64,000 bases of DNA, taken from contig CAJVXN010000001.1 of the NCBI GenBank assembly GCA_913009335.1, positions 2,844 through 66,843 on the forward strand, written 5' to 3'. Both the position numbers and the translations under genes were made by a program. The number at the start of each line of letters is the position of its first letter. The stretch's first letter is position 1. This document shows positions 1 through 7,870 of this stretch, in pieces. The notes under the pieces were generated by a model, which was not told the DNA's origin, searched no databases, and saw nothing but the letters and a program-made list of their open reading frames with translations. This stretch comes from an uncultured bacterium (GTDB lineage: Bacteria > Omnitrophota > Gorgyraeia > Ghiorseimicrobiales > Ghiorseimicrobiaceae).

Positions 1-842
1 TACGGAGGATTATTTGAAATACTTGAGCCTGATGCCGGCTCAATACGCGGCACAGAAATTGTATGAGGCCCCACGCCAAATTTATCATCCAGATAACTAC
101 AATGCTTAAGCAAGGCTAAAGTCTCAAAACGATAATCATAAAGGCCAAAAAGTACGCCTATTCCGACATCATCAATGCCGGCTGCTTGCGCAACATCAAT
201 AGCGTACAACCTAGCGTCAAAATCACTCTTCGGACCGGAAGGATGCATAAATTTATACGTTCCCCCATGGTAGGTCTCCTGAAATATCTGATAAGTACCA
301 ATACCTGCTTTTTTTATCTTTTTAAACCCTGAATATTCTAGCGGCGCGACATTTATATTTACCCTGCGGATTTCACCTTTGGATTTATTAATACTATAGA
401 TTGTTTTAATTATATCTGCTAAATAATCAGCATTAATGTTATTATCCTGTCCTGCTACAACCAATAAACGCTTATGGCCTTCTGAAATTAAAAACTCGAC
501 ATCCTGTTTAATTTCGTCAGTGTCTATTAACTTACGCTTAAGCGTCTTGTTTTTATTTCTAAATCCGCAATAAAGACAGTTATTAGTACAAAAATTTGAG
601 ATATACAGGGGTGCAAAAAATACCAGGCGCCTTCCATAGATTAACTCTTTTATCTTACCTGCCGCACTAAAAAGCTCGGAGAGGTATTCATCCCGCGTAC
701 AGCTTAAAAGCATAGCTGCCTCACGGATATCTAACCCTTTTAGTGAGAAAGCCTTATTTATTATTTCTCTAAAAGAAACAGGAGAAAACTTCGTATTATG
801 AATTATTCCTAAGATCCCCTGCTCGTCAATAAATGATTTCAT
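1..842 (-). CDS. hydG: [FeFe]-hydrogenase maturase HydG (radical SAM tyrosine lyase); 3' end runs off the window, so it is missing from the ORF track
   Basis: Manual translation from the ATG at 842 gives MKSFIDEQG...YGRRLVFFAPLYISNFCTNNCLYCGF...GEIRRVNINVAP...GIGTYQIFQETYH...GIDDVGIGVLFGL...GVGPHTISVPRIEP. It has CxxxCxxC plus motifs typical of HydG rather than ThiH. Confidence 0.88.
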   Translation of the reverse strand, partial: MKSFIDEQGILGIIHNTKFSPVSFREIINKAFSLKGLDIREAAMLLSCTRDEYLSELFSAAGKIKELIYGRRLVFFAPLYISNFCTNNCLYCGFRNKNKTLKRKLIDTDEIKQDVEFLISEGHKRLLVVAGQDNNINADYLADIIKTIYSINKSKGEIRRVNINVAPLEYSGFKKIKKAGIGTYQIFQETYHGGTYKFMHPSGPKSDFDARLYAIDVAQAAGIDDVGIGVLFGLYDYRFETLALLKHCSYLDDKFGVGPHTISVPRIEPASGSSISNNPP

Positions 843-850
843 TATAATTA

Positions 851-2149
851 TTATTGCGCTCCGATATCAGTAGGTGCCCGGCCCAGGCGATATAACAGCT
901 TAAGGCTACGGGCAATCTGGGTCTCTACTTTTATATTGCGACTCCTGCGATTAGGATAAATATCATAAAGCCTGCGAAAATCTATTGGGGTAACATTAAT
1001 CATCAATGAATTAGCCCCGGCACTTAGGGCTTTTTCTTTAGCGGGTTTAGCTAAAGTCTCGGTTGCTGTTGTAACCAATATACGCGACTTCTTATCTATT
1101 ATGCGGGCAAGAGAAATCACCCTTAGCATTTTAGCCAATCGTATTTTCTTTAAAGAAGCCAATGGAGTATCCAGATGGGGTATTAAAGGACCGAATGAAT
1201 ACATCTCAGGCTTAAGTTTTTTAGTTAACTTAATATTATTTAGAATATCGGTATCGGTCTCATTGGGAAGACCGACTAAAAATCCTGTTGCAACCAAATA
1301 GCCTATATTCTTTAATGATTTTATAAGTTTTAACCTGTCTTCTAATTTTTTTTCCGGCCGCAGCGCCGAGTATATTTTAGGATTTGCACTTTCAAATCTT
1401 AAAAGCGCGCCTCGCACTCCAGCGTCAAAAAATGCCTGATAATCAGATTCAGATCTCTCTCCTAAGCTTAAAAAAATCAATACCGCGTATTTCTGCCTTA
1501 TTTTTCTTATAATTTCTAATACGCGAGCTTTAGTATAATAGGCATCCTCTCCAGCCTGTAATACCAGCACCTTAAATCCGCGCGAATTTACCGCGTAATC
1601 TACTGCCTCTAAAATCTGGTTTAATTTTAAACGATAGCGCTTTAATTTTTTATTGCTCTTTCTAATACCGCAATAAAGACAATCCCTCACGCAATAATTA
1701 GATATTTCTATTATTCCATGAATACAGCATGAGTTATCTATATATTTATTCCGTATTCTATTGGCTAGTTGTTGCGAAAATTTTCCCTCATCGCTACTTA
1801 CTCCATTTAATAAATATAAATAATCAGTTACTGACAACCTGCGTTTTTCATCAATCTTCTTAATAATAGCATCATAAGGCTTAGAAAGCCTAAGCCCTGA
1901 ATAACTTTTATTAATAAGGCTTTCGTCTTGATTTTTTAATTTACTAAACAGAACCTTCCATGTTTTTAATATGCTCTGCGCTTGAAGATGCGGTATTTTG
2001 CGTATTGCCATGCCCGCCTGCACATAAACATAATCTCCGATATCAAAATCCAATAAATCCTTCAGGACTTTCCTTTTCTGGCCGAAATACTCAACAGTAG
2101 CAAATCTTTCTTCTATCTTTATAACCCTGGCGGGTATTGCGTAACACAC
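851..2149 (-). CDS. Fusion protein: N-terminal HypC/HupF-like domain plus C-terminal HydE-like radical SAM domain
   Basis: The N-terminus MCYAIPARVIKI...ATVEYFG...DIGDYVYVQAGMAI matches the HypC pattern (MCxAIP, GDYVxVxxGxA). The remainder has IIEISNYCVRDCLYCGIR, GPLIPHLDTPL, AGAN and YDIYPNR, as in HydE. GTG start with an AGGAGG SD. Confidence 0.85.
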   Translation of the reverse strand: MCYAIPARVIKIEERFATVEYFGQKRKVLKDLLDFDIGDYVYVQAGMAIRKIPHLQAQSILKTWKVLFSKLKNQDESLINKSYSGLRLSKPYDAIIKKIDEKRRLSVTDYLYLLNGVSSDEGKFSQQLANRIRNKYIDNSCCIHGIIEISNYCVRDCLYCGIRKSNKKLKRYRLKLNQILEAVDYAVNSRGFKVLVLQAGEDAYYTKARVLEIIRKIRQKYAVLIFLSLGERSESDYQAFFDAGVRGALLRFESANPKIYSALRPEKKLEDRLKLIKSLKNIGYLVATGFLVGLPNETDTDILNNIKLTKKLKPEMYSFGPLIPHLDTPLASLKKIRLAKMLRVISLARIIDKKSRILVTTATETLAKPAKEKALSAGANSLMINVTPIDFRRLYDIYPNRRSRNIKVETQIARSLKLLYRLGRAPTDIGAQ

Positions 2150-2337
2150 AAGAAAATTCCTCCTAATTTTCGCAGTCCCCAGCGATTAGATTTCGAAGAA
2201 ATCTGCAGGGGGATTAAATTATTCCAACAAGAAAATTCCTCCTAATTTTCGCAGTCCCCAGCGATTAGATTTCGAAGAAATCTGCAGGGGGATTAAATTA
2301 TTCCAACAAGAAAATTCCTCCTAATTTTCGCAGTCCC
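2148..2337. repeat. Perfect 79-bp tandem repeat (2 full copies plus a 32-bp third copy) containing the SD of the HypC-HydE gene and an internal hairpin
   Basis: Units start at 2148, 2227 and 2306 (acaagaaaattcctcctaattttcgcagtccc...). The internal hairpin is agatttc-gaa-gaaatct. Confidence 0.95.
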
Positions 2338-2347
2338 GACGCGGGGT

Positions 2348-2800
2348 TTAATTTAGGATTTTTGTTATCTGATTAAGAACACCGGGAAAGCTTGCTTTAA
2401 CCTCGCTTGATAAATCATTGCAAAGAAGCAGATTATTCGGCTGGATACCAATAACATAAACTTTATTACGTATATCCAACATTTTATATAGTTTCAAAAA
2501 GTCCAACAATGAAAGACTGTGAGTCGATAATCTATTTTTAACAGTACCGGAATTTAAATCTTCTAAATAAAATCCTTTAACACTACCCGCGGGAGCACCA
2601 AAATCAGCTGCGTCAATTATAAATGTATAGAGATACTGCTTTATATAATTTAAAATATCTATACTCTGAGTGGAGAATTCAAAAAAATCAAAATCTTTAT
2701 TATTTAATTTATTTTTTAAATAAGCTAAGGCCTTAATCCCTACTCCGTCATCGCCCCGTAAAGTATTACCTACACCGGCAACCAAATACCGTTTAGACAA
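2348..2800 (-). CDS. Hydrogenase maturation endopeptidase (HyaD/HycI family)
   Basis: GVGNTLRGDDGVG, IIDAAD and STHSL motifs; directly follows the large subunit. Confidence 0.93.
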   Translation of the reverse strand: MSKRYLVAGVGNTLRGDDGVGIKALAYLKNKLNNKDFDFFEFSTQSIDILNYIKQYLYTFIIDAADFGAPAGSVKGFYLEDLNSGTVKNRLSTHSLSLLDFLKLYKMLDIRNKVYVIGIQPNNLLLCNDLSSEVKASFPGVLNQITKILN

Positions 2801-4133
2801 ACTCTACCTCCAAGAGATGTGTCGAACAAGATATGCACGGGTCATATGCGCGGGCGAGCATCTCAAGATTTAGCTGTATTTCTTTTTTGGTTTTAGAAGG
2901 AAAAAGCTGAGGAACGAGTTCTTTCATGTCATTCTCTAAATTAAACAAGTTCTGTGCGGTAGGAATAATGCAGTTAGCGTGAGTAATTATACCGTTTTTA
3001 TCAACTGTATAATCATGATATAGGGTTCCGCGCGGTACCTCTACCGCACCCACCCCTCTGCCGGGCTTTACCTTAATTGGACGCTTCTTAACACTCGGCC
3101 AAGAAGTAACCAAACTTTCTTTTTCATTCAACCCCTTATCCAGTAATTCATCAATAATCTTAATCGACTCTTCCAGGCAATGCCTCCACTCAACAAGCTG
3201 TGCCACAGTATTTAAATAAGGATTATGAGATGGAGCAGAAAGACCTAAGCTTTTAGCTGCTTTTTTTGCCGCAGGATGAAGAAATTTATAGCTGTTATTA
3301 AAACGGGCAAGGGCTCCCACAGCATAAGACTCATCCTTAATAGAGGCAAATTTAGCCGTAGAGTAATCGCGAATAAATTCATTAACTACATTTAGATATT
3401 TCTGCGGATCAGTATTTTTCTTTGTTGAACTTACGTAAATATCACCGTCTAAATAAGCATAAGTTCCCAACTGTTTTAAAGAGACATACTGGGTGGGACG
3501 TATAAATTTCGGAAACTTTAATGTTTTGAATACCGCTACTGTCGCTTCGTAATCAACCCGAGAATCCGTCATCATTTTACGGAGTTTTAATAATGTCTTT
3601 TTAGCGGGCAGTTTGGTAAGCCCTCCGATGACAAAACTTATTGGGTGCACATGCCTACCGGCTAAAACATCACTGGTATAATCAGACATCTTCTTCATTC
3701 GTAAAGCAATTTCAATAACACTACGGTGAGTTTTAATCAAAGGGAATATACTATTTACGCCCAATAAATCAGGGGCAATTAAAATATAAAAATGTAATAC
3801 ATGACTGTCCATTGTCTCGGCATGCAATAACAATTGACGCAAGAGCTTAGTCTGCTTACTTACTTTAACACCCAGCGCAGCCTCTCCTGCCTTGATAGAA
3901 GCCAGGGTATGGCCGCAAGCGCAAATACCGCAAATACGACTGGTTATATGCTGCGCCTCATAAATAGAGCGGCCTACCAGCATAGACTCAAAAAATCGGG
4001 GCGATTCAATTACTTCAAAGCGACAATCAAGAAGCTTACCGTCCTTGACCTTAACCATAATATTGCCGTGTCCCTCTACGCGGGTTAAATATTTTACCTC
4101 TATATCCATATTACTCTTTGATTTCTTTAACAT
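2793..4133 (-). CDS. hyhL: Group 3b [NiFe]-hydrogenase (sulfhydrogenase) large/alpha subunit
   Basis: TRVEGHG, L1 motif SRICGIC, EVPRG, and L2 motif DPCISCSTH followed by a short cleavable tail. Start moved to the ATG at 4133 (GGAG SD); 4109 is also possible. Confidence 0.95.
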   Translation of the reverse strand: MLKKSKSNMDIEVKYLTRVEGHGNIMVKVKDGKLLDCRFEVIESPRFFESMLVGRSIYEAQHITSRICGICACGHTLASIKAGEAALGVKVSKQTKLLRQLLLHAETMDSHVLHFYILIAPDLLGVNSIFPLIKTHRSVIEIALRMKKMSDYTSDVLAGRHVHPISFVIGGLTKLPAKKTLLKLRKMMTDSRVDYEATVAVFKTLKFPKFIRPTQYVSLKQLGTYAYLDGDIYVSSTKKNTDPQKYLNVVNEFIRDYSTAKFASIKDESYAVGALARFNNSYKFLHPAAKKAAKSLGLSAPSHNPYLNTVAQLVEWRHCLEESIKIIDELLDKGLNEKESLVTSWPSVKKRPIKVKPGRGVGAVEVPRGTLYHDYTVDKNGIITHANCIIPTAQNLFNLENDMKELVPQLFPSKTKKEIQLNLEMLARAYDPCISCSTHLLEVEFV

Positions 4134-4872
4134 ACTTTTTCTCCACAGCTGTATATAAAGTAAATTTATCAATAATCTCATTCACATCTAAACCGTAATT
4201 AGCAAGAATATCATTTTGCGCATCATTTGCGGGATTATCAATAAGCCCGCGGCAACCATAACATATATTGCCATTATTAACGCACCATGAGTTGCATCCG
4301 GCACGGGTAACAGGCCCCATGCAATTTTGTTCTTTTTGGTATAAACATACATTCTCGTTCATCTTGCATTCAACGCATACCGGATAATTCGGCACATCAT
4401 ACTTCTTTCCTAAAAGTAAACATTTAAATACCTCTGCCACTTCATTTGGATGCACAGGACATCCGTGTATATAATAATCAACTTTTATGACCTGATCAAT
4501 CGGCTTAACAGCTATGGTTTTAAACTTATCTGCCTTGTCTTTATATACACGCATTAAAGATATGTTTAAAGGCGTTCGGTTCTTTATCGCGTTTACCCCG
4601 CCGATAGTAGCGCAGGCACCAAGAGCTATAACAACCTTTGCCTGCTTTCGTATCCCGGTTATACGTTTAATATCATGCTCGGTTGAAATCGAACCCTCAA
4701 TAACAGCAATATCATAATCATCGCGAGGTTCACTCATTGCCTCGCGAAAATTTACTATCTCTATATGTTCAAGTATATCAAGAAGAACTGTATTAAGATT
4801 AACTATCTGCAGCTGACAACCTTCACAATCGGTAAAATCAAAAAAAGCGACTTTTGCCTTACTCTTTTTCAA
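4111..4872 (-). CDS. hyhS: Group 3b hydrogenase small/delta subunit
   Basis: FTDCEGCQL, IEGS, GACA and GCP motifs; C-terminal Cys clusters. Confidence 0.93.
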   Translation of the reverse strand: MKKSKAKVAFFDFTDCEGCQLQIVNLNTVLLDILEHIEIVNFREAMSEPRDDYDIAVIEGSISTEHDIKRITGIRKQAKVVIALGACATIGGVNAIKNRTPLNISLMRVYKDKADKFKTIAVKPIDQVIKVDYYIHGCPVHPNEVAEVFKCLLLGKKYDVPNYPVCVECKMNENVCLYQKEQNCMGPVTRAGCNSWCVNNGNICYGCRGLIDNPANDAQNDILANYGLDVNEIIDKFTLYTAVEKKYVKEIKE

Positions 4873-5720
4873 AATGCTTCCTCCATATTCCTGATATCAC
4901 TATATTTAAATACCGGTCCATTTTGACAAACATAGACACCGTTTATCTGACAATGACCGCATTTACCCAGGCCGCATTTCATTCTACGCTCAAGAGAAAC
5001 AATTATCTGTCTATCGGGAATTTCTTTCTTGAGTAATTCTTTGATTACGAACTTATACATCAAAGGAGGCCCAACTACTACCGCATACGTACGCATAGGA
5101 TTTAAATTAACGCCGGGAATAAGCTCAGTTATTAAACCAATATTCCCCTGCCAGTCAGGATCAGCTCTATCTACGGTACATCTAAACAAAATATCTAAGT
5201 GCCTGCCCCACTGGCCAATCTCATTATTAAATAACATATCCTTGGGACTCCTGCATCCTAATAATATATTTACAGCTCCGAAATCTTTACGATGATACAT
5301 GATATAGCGTATCAGACCTCGTAAAGGGACAATACCTAATCCTCCGGCAACAATCAAAATATCATTGCCAAAAAAATTCTCTACAGGAAAACCCTTGCCA
5401 AAAGGACCGCGCACACCAACTACATCCCCTTTTTTAAGATTATGCAAAGCGCTGGTTAACGTGCCTACATTTCTTACGGTTATCTCAAAATACCCCTTAT
5501 CAGTAGGTGAGGAGCATATTGAAATAGGCGCCTCCCCCCTACCGAACATCGAAATCTCGGCAAATTGTCCGGGCATATAATTAAAATCTTTATTATTCTT
5601 TTTCAATCTTAGGCGAAAAAGTTTTTCCAGATTTGTATACTGCTTAACCATGATAATCTCGGCCGGCATTGATCTATAAGGTGAATAGGGTAGTATTTTT
5701 TTAAATTCCGATTGAAACAT
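4869..5720 (-). CDS. hyhG: Group 3b hydrogenase gamma subunit (FAD/NAD(P)-binding, 2Fe-2S)
   Basis: PGQF, RGPFGKG, AGGLG and ERRMKCGLGKCGHC motifs. Confidence 0.93.
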   Translation of the reverse strand: MFQSEFKKILPYSPYRSMPAEIIMVKQYTNLEKLFRLRLKKNNKDFNYMPGQFAEISMFGRGEAPISICSSPTDKGYFEITVRNVGTLTSALHNLKKGDVVGVRGPFGKGFPVENFFGNDILIVAGGLGIVPLRGLIRYIMYHRKDFGAVNILLGCRSPKDMLFNNEIGQWGRHLDILFRCTVDRADPDWQGNIGLITELIPGVNLNPMRTYAVVVGPPLMYKFVIKELLKKEIPDRQIIVSLERRMKCGLGKCGHCQINGVYVCQNGPVFKYSDIRNMEEAF

Positions 5721-6753
5721 TTCTATGCTCTCTGATTAGGCTATTTACGGTCTCAGTCAAATTTATTTCTGCCATACAAGTACGACTGCACCTGCCGCAG
5801 CCAGTACAAAAATAACGGCTAAATTTATCTATAGGATACTTAAATTTACGATAATAGCGGTGTCTTTGACGGGCGGATCGACCCGGCCTAAAATCTTCCC
5901 CTCCGGCAACCTTGGCAAAATCATCCATCTGACATGAGTTCCAAAGCCGATAACGCAAACCATCATTAAGATTAAGGCTTACTTCATCCAAAACATCAAA
6001 ACAGTAACATGTCGGACATACAGCCGTACAATTCCCACACCCAACACACCTTTTACCTACATCTTTCCATATCTCACTATCATACAACTTAGAAAATACA
6101 GCATAAAGTTCAGTAAGACGCCCGATAAACTCTTCCTTAAATATTTTCTCTTTTTTCTTGCGTACTGCATCCAATAAATACCTATCGGCGGAAATGCATT
6201 TCTTTATATAGCTACGCTGCCGTAAGATGCTCTCGGCTTTTGCGGAATTAATATGGATTATATATTTATTCCCGACATCCGTAAGCATGATGTCGTATCC
6301 CCCCTTAGGCACGTGATTCCCCATAGATACACAATTTGCATATTTATCACAAGGAGTAAGACATTCAATGCCGACAGTAGTCATGCGGTCCTTACGATTG
6401 ATATAATTGGCATCTAAAGGCTCCTGGCGAAACACTACATCCATACACTGAATACCTGCTATATCACAAGTATGCACGCCAAATAATACGAATTCTTCAA
6501 ATTTACGTATTGCTTTTGCGGTCTTAAATGGTTTTATTTTAAACTTTAATAGTCGTTCCTTTTGTGGAAAATAATATTTTTTAGGCGGAAGTATTGTAGA
6601 AATATAATTTAGATCGAGCTCCTTAACGTCTTTAATCGGCCGAAATACATGCCTGCCATCTTTTTTCTTGGGCCCATAGAGCTTACCGTGATCTTCTAAA
6701 GATTCAAGCCACCGATTAAAATCTTTCTTACTTATCTTTGCGTATCTTTCCAT
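5701..6753 (-). CDS. hyhB: Group 3b hydrogenase beta subunit (4Fe-4S)
   Basis: PPKK, CVGCGNCTAVCPTCYCF and CTGCGRCSRTC motifs. Confidence 0.92.
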   Translation of the reverse strand: MERYAKISKKDFNRWLESLEDHGKLYGPKKKDGRHVFRPIKDVKELDLNYISTILPPKKYYFPQKERLLKFKIKPFKTAKAIRKFEEFVLFGVHTCDIAGIQCMDVVFRQEPLDANYINRKDRMTTVGIECLTPCDKYANCVSMGNHVPKGGYDIMLTDVGNKYIIHINSAKAESILRQRSYIKKCISADRYLLDAVRKKKEKIFKEEFIGRLTELYAVFSKLYDSEIWKDVGKRCVGCGNCTAVCPTCYCFDVLDEVSLNLNDGLRYRLWNSCQMDDFAKVAGGEDFRPGRSARQRHRYYRKFKYPIDKFSRYFCTGCGRCSRTCMAEINLTETVNSLIREHRNVSIGI

Positions 6754-6762
6754 TTTTTTAAA

Positions 6763-7008
6763 TTAGCTTAGTTCATAGCTGTCAAAGCTAAGAGGTGCGC
6801 CGATTTCTGTTTCTTTTATTTCAAGCTTCACATCTTTCCAAGGCGTATTTTTTATAAACTGATAAAAATGCTCTTTAAAACGATCTCTCTTGATGCCGCC
6901 AAACAAAGAAAGTGCTACAACTATTTTTGAAACCCTGGATACATCATCTAAAGCTAGCTGCTTAGCAACTTTGTTCAACAAATCTTTTATTAAATTACTT
7001 TCATGCAT
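6763..7008 (-). CDS. hypA: Short HypA-like nickel chaperone lacking the zinc-finger domain
   Basis: MHE N-terminal Ni-binding motif and HypA-like spacing; only 81 aa with no cysteine; first gene of the hydrogenase operon. Confidence 0.7.
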   Translation of the reverse strand: MHESNLIKDLLNKVAKQLALDDVSRVSKIVVALSLFGGIKRDRFKEHFYQFIKNTPWKDVKLEIKETEIGAPLSFDSYELS

Positions 7009-7035
7009 ATAATACCTATTTAATTTTAAGATTTA

Positions 7036-7063
7036 ATTTTACCACAAATTAATTGTTTTGCAA
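7036..7063 (-). promoter_or_regulatory. Putative sigma70 promoter of the hydrogenase operon
   Basis: Minus strand reads TTGCAA-16 nt-TAAAAT, with a TGn extended -10. Confidence 0.55.
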
Positions 7064-7070
7064 TAGTTAT

Positions 7071-7088
7071 TTGTGAAAATTATCACAA
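7071..7088. promoter_or_regulatory. Rex operator
   Basis: TTGTGAAAATTATCACAA is one mismatch from the Rex consensus TTGTGAA-N4-TTCACAA; rex is encoded in the window. Confidence 0.8.
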
Positions 7089-7135
7089 TCATTAATTTTA
7101 AAGCTTTTTTTCACTCACTCGCCAAGAAAACTCCC

Positions 7136-7720
7136 TTACTCTTCCCCCTTAAATTTTTCATAATCCTTTTCAGTATTTATGTTTGCAAATGACAGTCCCT
7201 GCGGGTCAAAATGCGATACCTCATCGTGCTTAATTTTTTTAATTTTTACCCCTGTGAGGAAATCCGTCAATTTAAAATTATTTTTTTCGAACTGACGCTT
7301 AATAGAACTAATGCAACTTTTTGAATAAAAGGCATAAAGAGGCTCAAGCTTCCGCCTAAATTCCGGCACAACCACATCATAATCTTTTATATAATTCCGC
7401 ATGTATTCTATTAATAAAGTATTTACATGCGGCATATCTGAGGCGATTAGAAAATTATACTGACCATCTGAATTTATTAATGCAGAATATATTCCCCCTA
7501 GGGGCCCTTTATCCAACGCAATATCTGAAAATAACCGCACGCCTAATGCTTTGTAGCGTTCTAAAGAATTAGTAATAATAATAAGATCATCGAATACAGA
7601 CTTTAATTCTCTTATCTGTCTTTCAATAATAGTCTCACCATTTAAATTTAGCAATCCTTTATGGGGAACAAACCTAGTCCCTTTCCCCCCGGCAAGTATA
7701 GCTGCGGTCACCTTCATCAC
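7136..7720 (-). CDS. mobA: Molybdenum cofactor guanylyltransferase
   Basis: ILAGGKGTRF, GPLGGI, DMP and NINT motifs. Confidence 0.93.
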   Translation of the reverse strand: MMKVTAAILAGGKGTRFVPHKGLLNLNGETIIERQIRELKSVFDDLIIITNSLERYKALGVRLFSDIALDKGPLGGIYSALINSDGQYNFLIASDMPHVNTLLIEYMRNYIKDYDVVVPEFRRKLEPLYAFYSKSCISSIKRQFEKNNFKLTDFLTGVKIKKIKHDEVSHFDPQGLSFANINTEKDYEKFKGEE

Positions 7721-7793
7721 ACTAAATCCTTTATAATAATTAATAATTGTTACAGGTAATATTTAAGGTGTTACAGCTCCTGACAAAATTCAT

Positions 7794-7828
7794 CTTATCC
7801 ATAGAGATAGGCCATCCTAATACCTTTA
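7794..7828. repeat. 35-bp dispersed intergenic repeat, with an inverted copy at 35388-35422
   Basis: cttatccatagagataggccatcctaataccttta matches the reverse complement of 35388-35422 at 31/35 positions. Confidence 0.8.
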
Positions 7829-7870
7829 CTCAGCAGGGTAGGCCTTACCCGTTCTGTTTAGGGAAGGGCC

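Noticed and set aside
1-2149. ThiH plus BioB (thiamine/biotin synthesis), or PylB, as the annotation for the two radical SAM genes
   Set aside because: The motifs GEIRRVN, FQETYH and GPHTISVPR fit HydG, and YxIYP and PHxDTPL fit HydE. No thi, bio or pyl genes are adjacent, and the context is a hydrogenase.
2148-2337. CRISPR-like array (32-bp repeat x3 with 47-bp spacers)
   Set aside because: The two spacers are identical, the repeat contains the downstream SD, and there are no cas genes. It is a tandem duplication.
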